DNA from: Nitrospinales bacterium
GTDB taxonomy: Bacteria; Nitrospinota; Nitrospinia; Nitrospinales; VA-1
Assembly: GCA_965223345.1 (NCBI GenBank)
Contig: CBDCWG010000012.1
Location: 832,001 to 896,000, forward strand
Length of the DNA: 64,000 bases
Direction of reading: 5' to 3'
Positions 30,699 through 40,382 of the stretch are shown here, one piece after another (the stretch's first letter is position 1; every line of letters starts with the position of its first letter). The translations under genes and the position numbers were made by a program. A model generated the notes under the pieces. The model worked only from the letters and a program-made list of their open reading frames with translations. It was not told where the DNA came from and did no database searches.

Positions 30699-32048
30699 TC
30701 ACCCGTTCCGTGGCGTCCCGGTGGCGAAGCCTTTCAGTGAATGGCCGGAAACCGATTCCACCGCCACGCGGACCCGGTCTCCAGGACGGATGGTTTCCGG
30801 GTCGCCGCGAAAATGCACGTTCCAGTACTGCGGGTTCCTTCCCTTCCAGTTGGCGCCGGGTCGTCGCGTTTCTCCTTCCACCAGCACGTCCACCTCTTCA
30901 CCGATGTAGCGTTTGCCCAGCTTGAGCGTGAGCGCGTCCTGCAAAGCCAGGGTGCGTTGCAGCCTGTCCTTTTTAACTTCTTCGGGGACGTTGTCGGGAA
31001 ACGCCGCCGCCGGGGTGCCCGGCCGCGGGCTGTAGCAGAACATGAAGCTGCTGGAAAATTCGGCGCGCTCCATCATGACCAGGGTGTCTTCAAACTCCCG
31101 ATCGGTTTCTCCCGGAAAACCCACGATGATGTCCGTCGAAAGCGCGATGTCCGGCACCGCCGCCCGCAACGCTGCCACGAGATCCAGATATTCCTCGACC
31201 GTGTTGCCGCGGCGCATGGCCTGAAGGACCCGGTTGTTGCCGCTCTGGGCGGGCAGATGCAGGTGGTTCATCAGGATATCGATGTCGCGGTAAGCGTCGA
31301 TCAGCTCGGGCGTGAAATCCCTCGGGTAACTGGTCGTGAAGCGCAGCCGTTCCAGGCCGGGAATTTCCGCGATGCGGTACAGCAGCTCGTGGAACGCCAC
31401 GGGCGTGTCCAGGCCGCGTTTGCCGTAGGCGTTGACGTTCTGTCCGAGCAGGACGACCTCCCTGGCCCCCTTCTCCACCCATTGACGGACTTCCTGTAAA
31501 ATTTCATCCGCTTCCCGCGATTTTTCCCGGCCGCGCGTGAACGGCACCACGCAGAAGGTGCAAAACTTGTCGCAGCCTTTGATGATGTTTACGAACGCGC
31601 TCGGACTCGCCGCTTTTCCAGCCGGGTCGCGCACCTCGGGAATGTTGTAGTTTTTTTTCTTGTCGAACTCCGTCCAGACCAGGGGGCCGCGGTTTGCGCG
31701 TGCCCAGTCCACCGCCTGCGGAATGTCCTCGATGTGGTCGGGCCCGAGGATGAAATCCAGATAGGGAATGCGCTTGACCAGACGCTCCCCCTCCTGCTGG
31801 GCCAGGCAGCCGGTGAGCCCGAAAACCAGGTCCGGATTGGCCTGCTTGAGCGGTTTCATGTTTCCGAACAGGGAAAAGATCTTTTGCTCGGCCTTGTCGC
31901 GGATCGAGCAGGTGTTGACCAGGATGAGGTCGGCGTTCTCCTTGTCCAGGGTCCTCGCGTAGCCGGAATGAAACAGCAAAAGCTCCATCCGGTCCGAATC
32001 GGCGACGTTCATCTGGCAGCCGTATGTGTCCAAATACACTTGTTTCAT
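30699..32048 (-). CDS. miaB: tRNA-2-methylthio-N6-dimethylallyladenosine synthase
   Basis: TYGCQMN, NTCSIR, GCLAQ, radical-SAM CDKFCTFC, LLGQNVNAY, STDIIVGFPGET, YSPRPGT, TRAM domain. Confidence 0.96.
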   Translation of the reverse strand: MKQVYLDTYGCQMNVADSDRMELLLFHSGYARTLDKENADLILVNTCSIRDKAEQKIFSLFGNMKPLKQANPDLVFGLTGCLAQQEGERLVKRIPYLDFILGPDHIEDIPQAVDWARANRGPLVWTEFDKKKNYNIPEVRDPAGKAASPSAFVNIIKGCDKFCTFCVVPFTRGREKSREADEILQEVRQWVEKGAREVVLLGQNVNAYGKRGLDTPVAFHELLYRIAEIPGLERLRFTTSYPRDFTPELIDAYRDIDILMNHLHLPAQSGNNRVLQAMRRGNTVEEYLDLVAALRAAVPDIALSTDIIVGFPGETDREFEDTLVMMERAEFSSSFMFCYSPRPGTPAAAFPDNVPEEVKKDRLQRTLALQDALTLKLGKRYIGEEVDVLVEGETRRPGANWKGRNPQYWNVHFRGDPETIRPGDRVRVAVESVSGHSLKGFATGTPRNG

Positions 32049-32288
32049 AAGGACAAAATGTAAGCGAATCCGGGCCCCATTGCAACCGGGATTTGCCGGG
32101 TTGCGGGCCCGCGCCGCGTTGTGTGTCTGGGGCTGAAATCCTTTCGGTTAAAGGGGTTGGGCGAGTTTCGGCCCGGGATCGAGGGTTGAAAACTGCGGAA
32201 ACTGAATCACAGAGTCCGGGATAGCCATGTATTAAATTTGTTTAAATTTATTAAAACTATATCAAATATGGTATTATTGTTAATTAAT

Positions 32289-32330
32289 AATAAAGACTTT
32301 ATTGACAAATTTTTAAACTTCGATTAATCT
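32289..32330 (+). promoter_or_regulatory. sigma70 promoter with overlapping palindrome inside an AT-rich block
   Basis: TTGACA(32302)-17 nt-TAATCT; palindrome AATAAAG-A-CTTTATT at 32289-32303. Confidence 0.65.
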
Positions 32331-32407
32331 TTAGTTATTCCTTAAAAAATAACAAAACAATTTGTCCCCAAAAGGATCGAATCCATTTTCTCAAGAGGAG
32401 TGGGATT

Positions 32408-32668
32408 GTGTCCAAGTCCAACAGTGTCAGGCAGATACGTGAGTCCAAGATGATGAGCAAGGCTGAGCTGGCACGCAAAGCAAATGTAACGGTTCAAACC
32501 ATCGATCGAATCGAAAAGGGTAATGATTGCCGCTTGGATACGAAAAGAAAAATCATTCTTGCTCTTGGATATAAGCTGGCTGACCGATCGTCGATCTTCT
32601 CGGAAAACTCTGAGAAAAAAGCCCGGAAAAAGAAAAAGACCGGCGCCCGGAAAAAGAAAAGCAGATGA
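32408..32668 (+). CDS. small XRE-type HTH protein upstream of pilM
   Basis: GAGGAG RBS; RESKMMSKAELARKANVTVQTIDRIEKG..CR..TKRKIILALG; Lys-rich tail. Confidence 0.85.
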   Translation: MSKSNSVRQIRESKMMSKAELARKANVTVQTIDRIEKGNDCRLDTKRKIILALGYKLADRSSIFSENSEKKARKKKKTGARKKKSR

Positions 32669-32994
32669 GCGGATCGAAATGCCGCTGAAAGTCGCCTGTT
32701 AAGGCGCGAACAAAAAAGATTGATTGGAGAGTGTTGCAGTGCCGTCGGCCGGACGGCTTCTTCTCAATACGTTGACAACTTTTGTGAGTTTCAGAAAAAT
32801 CGGGAGATCCCTCGAAAGGGGGACGGAGAACCCGAATTGACTGAAAAAACCTCAGGAAGTTATCTTTCAGGACTGCCGGAAACAGTGTGATTTTTTGCAA
32901 CCGGTGGTGAAAAAAATGTTCACTTTGCTTTGGCAACGTCGGGCAGTTTTGACGTAACTGGCTATAACTCAAAGAAATTCAGAGGGGTGGCGGT

Positions 32995-33011
32995 TTGGTA
33001 TAGTGTTTGCT
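32995..33011 (+). promoter_or_regulatory. sigma54 -24/-12 promoter of pilMNOPQ
   Basis: TTGGTATAGTGTTTGCT (GG-N10-GC). Confidence 0.65.
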
Positions 33012-33087
33012 CTTTGGGGGTGAATCCTCTGAAAAAAGCAGCCCGATCACCCAAAAACCACGTAGCTAATACAATTTAGGAATTGCG

Positions 33088-34161
33088 ATGTTCTTATCGG
33101 AAAAAACGCCCCTGGTCGCTTTGGATATTGGTACCTCTTCCATAAAAATGGCCCAGCTTGCCGGCTCCGACAACAAATTCGAGTTGTTGAACTTCGGGGT
33201 CATGCCCCTGAAGGAAGAAGCCATCGTGGACGGTGTCGTCCGCAGGCAGGAAGAGGTTGTGGAAGCCCTGGAACGGATGATCAAAGCGGAAAAAGTCGAT
33301 ACGCGCTATGCGGTGGCGTCGATTTCCGGTGAAGCGGTGATCATCAAAAAAATCCGGGTTCCTTTGATGTCGGAGGCGGAACTGGCGGAACGTATCTATC
33401 AGGAAGCCGAGCAGTACATCCCGTTCGACATCGACGACGTCAGCATCGACTTTCAGCTTCTGGGCACCGATGAGGACGCACCTGAAGAAGAGGACGGGGA
33501 GCAGAAGATGGAGATCCTTCTGGTCGCGGTTCAGAAGGACATCATCGAGAGCCGCACGGAAATTCTCTACGACGCGGGATTGCGCCCCATCATCATCGAC
33601 CTGGACGTGTTCGCGATGGTCAATGCCTTCAGCCAGGGAAAGAATCTTGAGAACTCCGGAGAGGTGGCCATCATCGATCTGGGCGAATCGTTCTCCCACA
33701 TCAATATCCTGAAGGACGGCGTGTGTTCCTACACGCGCGACATTCCTTTCGGGGGCAGCCACGCGACCAAAAAGCTGATGTCGAAGTTCAAGATGAATTA
33801 TCAGCAGGCGACCGAACTGAAAAACGGCAAAATGCCGGAAGAAGTTGAAAGCGATGAGGTCATCGAAATCATCGTGAATTCGTTCGAAAAAATTCTCGAT
33901 GAAGTGCAAAAGTCGTTCGAGTTTTTCAGCACCACCTCCAACTCGCAGGTGGAGCAGGTTTATCTGAGTGGCGGCGGGGCTCTGATACCCGGTGCGGACG
34001 CCTTGTTCTCGCATCATCTCAACACTCCGGTGCACATTCTCAATCCGCTGGACGGAATCAAAATCAATAAAAAGAAGTTCGATCAGCAAACCATTGACGA
34101 GTTGGCTCCCATTTCCTCGGTGGCGATTGGTCTGGCAACCAGAAGGTTCGACTACAAATGA
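33088..34161 (+). CDS. pilM: type IV pilus assembly protein PilM
   Basis: LDIGTSSIK, EAEQYIPFDI, ILLVA, IIDLG, LSGGGA, AIGLATR. Confidence 0.95.
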   Translation: MFLSEKTPLVALDIGTSSIKMAQLAGSDNKFELLNFGVMPLKEEAIVDGVVRRQEEVVEALERMIKAEKVDTRYAVASISGEAVIIKKIRVPLMSEAELAERIYQEAEQYIPFDIDDVSIDFQLLGTDEDAPEEEDGEQKMEILLVAVQKDIIESRTEILYDAGLRPIIIDLDVFAMVNAFSQGKNLENSGEVAIIDLGESFSHINILKDGVCSYTRDIPFGGSHATKKLMSKFKMNYQQATELKNGKMPEEVESDEVIEIIVNSFEKILDEVQKSFEFFSTTSNSQVEQVYLSGGGALIPGADALFSHHLNTPVHILNPLDGIKINKKKFDQQTIDELAPISSVAIGLATRRFDYK

Positions 34162-34835
34162 TTAAAATCAATTTACACGATTATCGCGAAGAGCTGCAAC
34201 GGATCGAGATCCAGAAGCATGTGCTCAAGGCGGGATACATCATGATGCTCGCTTTGTGTCTGGTCTGTCTTCACTGGATGTGGCAGAAAAACGAGCTGAC
34301 CATGACGCAGATGGAAGTGCAGGCACTGGATCAGAAAGTTTCTGCATTGGAGGGAACCGTCCGCATGGTCAAGGGGATGCAGGCCAAGCAGAAGCGCGTG
34401 GATACGATTCTTGCGGGCATCGACAACCTGCGGACCAGTCAGATGCAGGCCACCGAGATCCTTTCCGATCTCAATCAGGAATTGCCTGAGGAAATCTGGT
34501 TGACGGGAATCAAGCAGAGCAACCGGGCGGAGCTGGCGAGAAACAAGATCCCGACCATCTTTTTTGCGGATGCGTCAAAAGACTCCAAGAAGAAAAAGAA
34601 AAAGAAATCCAAAAAGAAAAAAAAGGGAAACGAACCTCAGGAGTTCATCGTGATCACCGGGCAGGCGTTGGAGGATCAGGCGGTGGCCCGTTTCGTCGAT
34701 CGCCTGGAACTGATCCCCTATTTCAAGATGGTGTTTTTGTACAAAACCGAACAGAAGACGATCGGCAAAACCAAAATCCGGGAATTTGAAATTTACTGCT
34801 ACATGCCAGACACCAACAACAAGGCTTTGATCTGA
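34158..34835 (+). CDS. pilN: type IV pilus assembly protein PilN
   Basis: MIKINL, TM helix, coiled coil, LPEEIWLT; position in operon. Confidence 0.88.
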   Translation: MIKINLHDYREELQRIEIQKHVLKAGYIMMLALCLVCLHWMWQKNELTMTQMEVQALDQKVSALEGTVRMVKGMQAKQKRVDTILAGIDNLRTSQMQATEILSDLNQELPEEIWLTGIKQSNRAELARNKIPTIFFADASKDSKKKKKKKSKKKKKGNEPQEFIVITGQALEDQAVARFVDRLELIPYFKMVFLYKTEQKTIGKTKIREFEIYCYMPDTNNKALI

Positions 34836-34837
34836 TC

Positions 34838-35458
34838 ATGGAAAAATTATTCGAAAAGCTGCCTTACGATTTTCTGCAGGGAATCAAGCTCACCTACATC
34901 CTGATGAGCGCTGTGGGGGTGGGGATTCTGTTCATTGCCGTCTATTACTTCACGGTTTCGACGGCGAACCAGGAAGAACTGGCGCAATTGCAGGATAAGC
35001 GCGCCAAGAAAGAACAGACGCTCAAGGCCTATCAGGCGCTGGTGAAGAAAAAAGAGCCCATCGCCAAGGAACTGGCGCGGACCCTGGGAAAACTTGAGTT
35101 CATGAAACAGCAGCTGCCGCATGAAGACGACATGCCGGACCTCTTGCAGAAAGTCGCCGATTTCGGCGGTGGACGCGGGACGTTCGATGTCACCCGTTTC
35201 AAGCTCAAGGAAGGCAAGGTGCAGGATTTCTACAAAAAGATTCCGGTGGAAATTCAAATGCAGGGTTCCTTCTGGGACACGCTGGATTTTCTGGACAAAA
35301 TGCAGAACCTGCTGCAACTCGTCAACCTGACGGACTTGAAAATGAATATCGGTAAAGCGCAGGGGAGCGCCGCCTCCACAGGCGGAACGCTGATCTACAC
35401 CAACTTTGTGGCCAACACCTACTCTTATGTTCAGGGCGCAGAAGAAAAAGCCAAATGA
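34838..35458 (+). CDS. pilO: type IV pilus assembly protein PilO
   Basis: TM helix, coiled coil, QLP..DMPDLL, FY.KIPV.I.MQG.F. Confidence 0.9.
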   Translation: MEKLFEKLPYDFLQGIKLTYILMSAVGVGILFIAVYYFTVSTANQEELAQLQDKRAKKEQTLKAYQALVKKKEPIAKELARTLGKLEFMKQQLPHEDDMPDLLQKVADFGGGRGTFDVTRFKLKEGKVQDFYKKIPVEIQMQGSFWDTLDFLDKMQNLLQLVNLTDLKMNIGKAQGSAASTGGTLIYTNFVANTYSYVQGAEEKAK

Positions 35459-36978
35459 TGCGTGATGCGGGAGACATGTACATGAAATCCGGAAGAATTG
35501 GAAAAGCAAGTTTATCCGTGTGGATGTTGCTGGCGGTGTTGTCAACGCCGCTCATCCTGAGCACGGCCTATGCCGCCAAAGTACCCGTCAAGAAGAGCCG
35601 GCAAGAGCAGAAGAACCAGGCGATCGACGAATTGATGCGATTGAGCGGTTTTGATCTCATGTTCGAATACTACGGCTCGCAGTTTCTGCAGCAGAGCATC
35701 GCACCGAAGAGTCTTCCGGCCGAGCAGATCATCATGCTCAGAAACATTCTGGACCGGGTCAGCGAACCGGAAGATTTCTCCCGAACCGTGTCGCAGTACA
35801 TGGTGAAAAACTATCGATCGGGCTACGTCAAGCCTCTGATGAACTGGTACCGCTCGCCGCTGGGGCAGAAAGTCGTTGCCGGTGAAAAACAGGTGAACGA
35901 TTCGGCCTACAATATCGACAAAGAACAATTTGTGGAACGGTTGAAGTTTTATCCCCCGAGAGAGGAACGCCTTGCGCTGATCGAAGGACTGGAAAAGAGC
36001 ATGGGGCTCACCGATCAATCTCTGGATGTTTTCATGACCCTGGTCAAGGTGCTGATCCCTCTGAACAAGCATCTGGAGGATCGATCCACCCGCTCGGTCG
36101 TCAACGAAATCCGGCAGGAACTTTACGATTCGTTTCAGGAGCAGGTTTTGCGAAATCTGTTGTTCGCCTACCGGGACGTCACCGATAAGGAGCTCGAACA
36201 ATACCGCCGCTTTGTTTCGACCGGAGCCGGACGCTGGTTCGTTCAGTCTTCGCAGAAGGGCACCAAGTTCTTTTACGGCCGCGTGGTGGTCCGGGTGGAA
36301 GATCTGATGAACCAGATCGTCGAGGAAATGGAAACGGGAAAAGGCGAATCCGATTTGCTCAAGGAAATCGCACCTCCGGGGCAGAGATATCTTTTTGTCA
36401 CCAAACGCGACCCCTTCGTTCCGCTCGTGGACCCGAAAGAGGGTCTCATTCAGTATGGCAAGGAGGAGGAAAGCCGCACTGAAACCCGCAGCCTGGCGGA
36501 TGAATTGAAGAACCTGCCGCCCATTCCTCTGGAAGTGTTCAAGAATATCAAGCGGACCAATCCGCGGTTGTATGCGGATCTGGAAAATTACGGGGATCTG
36601 TTCGGCAGAAAGAACAAACTGTCCACGATGGAGGACGACGAGTTTTTTCAAACCGTGCAGAGGTATAAAAACCTGATTCAGACCGCCAATGAGAGCAGCT
36701 CCAGCTTGATGTCCACGCCGACGCAGACCGACTACGATGCGTTGAAACTGGTGGGCGTGATCTGGAAGAACAACGAGATTCTCGCGTTGATCGAAACGGA
36801 AGATAAAAAGGGACACACGGTGAAGGAAGGCGATCTCTTGGGGCCGAATTTCGGAGTCGTGGAGTCCATCAATAAAGACCAGATTTACGTGTTGGAACAA
36901 TCCCGAGATTACCTGGGAAATATTTTATCAAGAAAGAAGGAAATTGAATTTATTCAAGTATCCCAAGAGGAGGGATGA
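35455..36978 (+). CDS. pilP: PilP-domain fusion protein with a large N-terminal helical (DUF2059-like) region
   Basis: RDPF motif; C-terminal LKLVGVIW...ALIE...G.TVKEGD.LGPNFG.V..I; lies between pilO and pilQ; N-terminal WYRSPLGQKVV. Confidence 0.8.
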   Translation: MMRDAGDMYMKSGRIGKASLSVWMLLAVLSTPLILSTAYAAKVPVKKSRQEQKNQAIDELMRLSGFDLMFEYYGSQFLQQSIAPKSLPAEQIIMLRNILDRVSEPEDFSRTVSQYMVKNYRSGYVKPLMNWYRSPLGQKVVAGEKQVNDSAYNIDKEQFVERLKFYPPREERLALIEGLEKSMGLTDQSLDVFMTLVKVLIPLNKHLEDRSTRSVVNEIRQELYDSFQEQVLRNLLFAYRDVTDKELEQYRRFVSTGAGRWFVQSSQKGTKFFYGRVVVRVEDLMNQIVEEMETGKGESDLLKEIAPPGQRYLFVTKRDPFVPLVDPKEGLIQYGKEEESRTETRSLADELKNLPPIPLEVFKNIKRTNPRLYADLENYGDLFGRKNKLSTMEDDEFFQTVQRYKNLIQTANESSSSLMSTPTQTDYDALKLVGVIWKNNEILALIETEDKKGHTVKEGDLLGPNFGVVESINKDQIYVLEQSRDYLGNILSRKKEIEFIQVSQEEG

Positions 36979-36987
36979 GGAGTTATT

Positions 36988-38997
36988 GTGAATACTAATA
37001 ATTTTCGGTTCTTCGGGCTTGTCGGGGTTTTCGCCATCGGTGTTGTTTGGCACAGTGCGTTGCCTGTGGACGCGTTTGCGGCCAACAAGGCACATGCTAT
37101 GAAAACATCGAATCACACTGCTGACACTCAGGGCAACGGAGCGGTCCTTGTCGCCCAGATGATGGATTTTACTTCTCCGGATGCTTCCGGCGATGCTATG
37201 GATTCCTCCGTGGCGGGTTCCTCTATGGAATCTTCCATGCCGAATGCATCCAAAGTGATGGAAGTGGAATCGGAAATCACCCAGGTCTCCACGGAAGAAG
37301 GTGTGGGCGGTGAAGCGGTCATCACGATCGAATCCACCGAGGCCATTCAGTACACCGCGTTCAAGCTGATGAATCCGCTGCGTCTGGTGCTGGATTTCCC
37401 CAAGACCGGCAGGGGCACCCTGACCGACCGGATCGAGGTCAACAAAGGCGTGGTGGACAGCATCCGGCCGCTGCATTTTGACGAGGCGGGCGTCCTCAGG
37501 CTGGAAATCGCCCTCAACAAAGCCGCCGGCTACAATATCGAAAAACCGCTCAAAAACAAACTCGTCATCACCCTGCGGCATGTCGATCAGGGAGGCACGC
37601 TTCCCATCGGCGCCACGGGAGGCACGCAGAACGCTCAATCCATGCCGGAGACAGGCAAGGCGAAAGATGCGAGCAAGGCGTTGCTTGCCGAAGTCACGGT
37701 GGATCCGTGCGAGCCTCTTTTGGGGGGCGACAAAGACGCGATTTCCCTGGATTTTCAGGATGCCAATGTGCGCAATCTGTTCCGCATCTTTTCCGAGATC
37801 AGCGGGTTCAACCTGATCATTTCCCCGGAAGTGCAGGGGACGGTCAATATGCGGCTTCTGGACGTGCCCTGGAATGAAGCCTTTGAAATCATTCTCACTA
37901 ACAGCGGGCTCGGCAAGGAATGCCTGGGGGACAACATCATCCGCGTGGCCTCTTTGAGGACGCTGGCTTCCGAGGAAACGCAGAAGGTGGAAGACAACAA
38001 ACGCAAACGGGCCAAGGAATTGTCCGAAAAACTCGCCGCGGAGCTGGTCACAGAGGTCAAACGGGTCAATTACGCCGATATCAAAGAGGTGGCTTTGAGC
38101 CTGGAAACCCTCAAATCCGAGCGCGGCAAAATCACCGTGGACGTGAGGACCAACACTCTGGTGTTGACAGACATCCGTGATAACGTGGATGATATGATCA
38201 ATCTGGTACAGGTTCTCGATATCCAGACCCCGCAGGTCATGATCGAGGCGCGCATTGTCGAGGTCAACAAGAGCCTCACGCAGCAGCTGGGCGTGCAGTG
38301 GGGTATCACGAGTGCGTTGTCCAAGGGCGGCGGTGGTCGTGTCGTGAACTCTCTCGATTCACCGAACAACGGCAACGGCAGCCCGTTTCTGGTCGATCTG
38401 CTTCCCGGAGGCACGGCCCTTGCCGAAGGTGCTTTTTCAGGGATCAATCTCGGTATCGGTGGCCTGGCTGAAGGCACGCGTCTGGATGTGGTCTTGACGG
38501 CGCTCGAGAAAAAGGGCAACGCGCGTATCCTGTCGAGTCCCAAAGTGACCACGCTGGACAACAAAGAAGCGAGGATCAAAAGCGGCCGGTCGATTCCCTT
38601 TCAGACCAGTTCCGCCAACGAAGGAACCAAAATCGAGTTCGTGGATGCGGATCTCAGCCTGACGGTGACGCCGCATATCACGACGGACGATTATATCTAC
38701 ATGGTCATCGACGCGACGAAAAACGCGCCCAATACAGCGAACCTGATCGCGGGATTTCCCGAGATCACCACGAAGGAAGCGCACACCGAAGTGCTCGTTG
38801 AAAACGGCGACACGACGGTTCTGGGCGGAATCTATGAAAGCGAGATCAAACGGAACCAGGAAGCCACGCCGTTTCTCTCGAAAATTCCGTTCCTGGGTGC
38901 GTTGTTCAGAAACATCGACGATGCGGACGAGATTGATGAGCTGTTGATCTTCATCACTCCGACTGTGGTATCGAATGACCAATCCAAGAACTTATGA
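36988..38997 (+). CDS. pilQ: type IV pilus secretin PilQ
   Basis: AMIN domain (NPLRLVLDF), ISLDFQDA, DVPW..A, QVMIEARIVE, SSPKVTTLDN, P.LSKIPFLGALFR, ELLIFITP. Confidence 0.95.
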   Translation: MNTNNFRFFGLVGVFAIGVVWHSALPVDAFAANKAHAMKTSNHTADTQGNGAVLVAQMMDFTSPDASGDAMDSSVAGSSMESSMPNASKVMEVESEITQVSTEEGVGGEAVITIESTEAIQYTAFKLMNPLRLVLDFPKTGRGTLTDRIEVNKGVVDSIRPLHFDEAGVLRLEIALNKAAGYNIEKPLKNKLVITLRHVDQGGTLPIGATGGTQNAQSMPETGKAKDASKALLAEVTVDPCEPLLGGDKDAISLDFQDANVRNLFRIFSEISGFNLIISPEVQGTVNMRLLDVPWNEAFEIILTNSGLGKECLGDNIIRVASLRTLASEETQKVEDNKRKRAKELSEKLAAELVTEVKRVNYADIKEVALSLETLKSERGKITVDVRTNTLVLTDIRDNVDDMINLVQVLDIQTPQVMIEARIVEVNKSLTQQLGVQWGITSALSKGGGGRVVNSLDSPNNGNGSPFLVDLLPGGTALAEGAFSGINLGIGGLAEGTRLDVVLTALEKKGNARILSSPKVTTLDNKEARIKSGRSIPFQTSSANEGTKIEFVDADLSLTVTPHITTDDYIYMVIDATKNAPNTANLIAGFPEITTKEAHTEVLVENGDTTVLGGIYESEIKRNQEATPFLSKIPFLGALFRNIDDADEIDELLIFITPTVVSNDQSKNL

Positions 38998-40070
38998 AGC
39001 GGTTGACAATCGATCTGGCCGACAGAAGTTATGACATTCTGATCGGCCGGAACCTTCTGGGGCGGGTCGGCGGACTCGTCTCGGAAATCCTCTCTCCCAG
39101 CCGGGTGGTTGTTCTCACCCATCCCTCCATTCAGCGTCTCTACGGAGACACCCTGGCAGAAAGCTTTCAGGCCTCGGGCCATCCTTTGCACACTCTGGAA
39201 ATTCCGGAAGGCGAGGCTTCCAAATCCCTGGGGCAGGCGGAGCGGGTTTTCGACAAACTCATGGAATGGCAGTGCGACCGCAGCACGCTGCTTGTGGCCC
39301 TGGGAGGCGGCGTGATCGGCGATCTCACCGGGTTCATCGCGGCGACCTACATGCGGGGCGTCCCTTTCATTCAGATCCCCACAAGCCTGCTGGCGCAGGT
39401 GGACAGCAGCGTCGGCGGCAAAACCGCGGTCAATCATCCGCGCGGAAAAAACATGATCGGCGCGTTTTACCAGCCGAAGCAGGTGGTGATCGACCTGGAT
39501 ACTCTGCAATCGCTGCCGGAAAAGGAATTCAAGGCCGGCCTGGCGGAGATCATCAAGCACGGGGTGATCGAGGATGCGGATCTGTTCGCGTACCTGGAGT
39601 CTCATGCCGACGCCATTGCCGCCCAGCAGACCGATTGCCTGGAGCACATCATCGCGACTTCCTGCGAGATCAAAGCGCGGGTCGTAGAAAAGGACGAGCG
39701 GGAAAGCCGGTACCGCATGGTCCTGAATTTCGGTCACACCATCGGACACGCGGTGGAAGCCCTGACGGGTTATTCCGATCTGATTCATGGGGAAGCGGTG
39801 GCGATCGGTATGGTGCAGGCCGCCAAACTTTCGCAGCACACCGGGCACTGTTCCGAAGCGGTGGTCGATCGGATCTCCCGACTGATCGATCGGTTCGGGT
39901 TGCCCACGCAACTGCCGCCCCTGAATCCGGAAGACATCGTCCAGGCCTTGTACCTGGACAAGAAAACCACCCACAGCAATCTCCGGTTCATTCTGGTCAA
40001 CGACATCGGCTCTATAGAAATCGTTGATAATGTGGATGAAGCCAGCGTCCGGGCGGTGTTGAACCTTTGA
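38994..40070 (+). CDS. aroB: 3-dehydroquinate synthase
   Basis: GGGVIGDLTGF, PTSLLAQVDSSVGGKTAVN, LNFGHTIGHA, HGEAVAIGM. Confidence 0.97.
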   Translation: MKRLTIDLADRSYDILIGRNLLGRVGGLVSEILSPSRVVVLTHPSIQRLYGDTLAESFQASGHPLHTLEIPEGEASKSLGQAERVFDKLMEWQCDRSTLLVALGGGVIGDLTGFIAATYMRGVPFIQIPTSLLAQVDSSVGGKTAVNHPRGKNMIGAFYQPKQVVIDLDTLQSLPEKEFKAGLAEIIKHGVIEDADLFAYLESHADAIAAQQTDCLEHIIATSCEIKARVVEKDERESRYRMVLNFGHTIGHAVEALTGYSDLIHGEAVAIGMVQAAKLSQHTGHCSEAVVDRISRLIDRFGLPTQLPPLNPEDIVQALYLDKKTTHSNLRFILVNDIGSIEIVDNVDEASVRAVLNL

Positions 40071-40250
40071 TTCAAGAGGTGGTTCGGGCCGATTTTGAAA
40101 AAAAACGTCACCCGGATTGTATAAAAAAGTAGCCAGTTGGGCCGCCCTCTCATCCCTCCTTCCATCCAAATCGATTGCCGGTTTCCGTTTCCCCCATAGA
40201 TTAACAGTAAATTCAACGGGTTTATTTTTTCCTGGGGCGGATCGGTGGTT

Positions 40251-40267
40251 TTGGTCTGCTTTTTGCT
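40251..40267 (+). promoter_or_regulatory. sigma54 -24/-12 promoter of the minor-pilin operon
   Basis: TTGGTCTGCTTTTTGCT (GG-N10-GC). Confidence 0.55.
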
Positions 40268-40382
40268 TTTATACCCGTGGACGGAAGTTTCTCCCCCCAG
40301 ATACCCTAACTTGCAGAATTTTAAGGTATTGGAGGCACGGCTCGCTGAGAGCCAAAAATGCTGGATTTTCAAGGAAAACGAC

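Noticed and set aside
32228..32365. AT-rich block as oriC or a foreign island
   Set aside because: No DnaA boxes or mobility genes seen; explained by a promoter region
38994..40070. aroB directly after pilQ
   Set aside because: pilQ-aro linkage is well known; the missing aroK is minor
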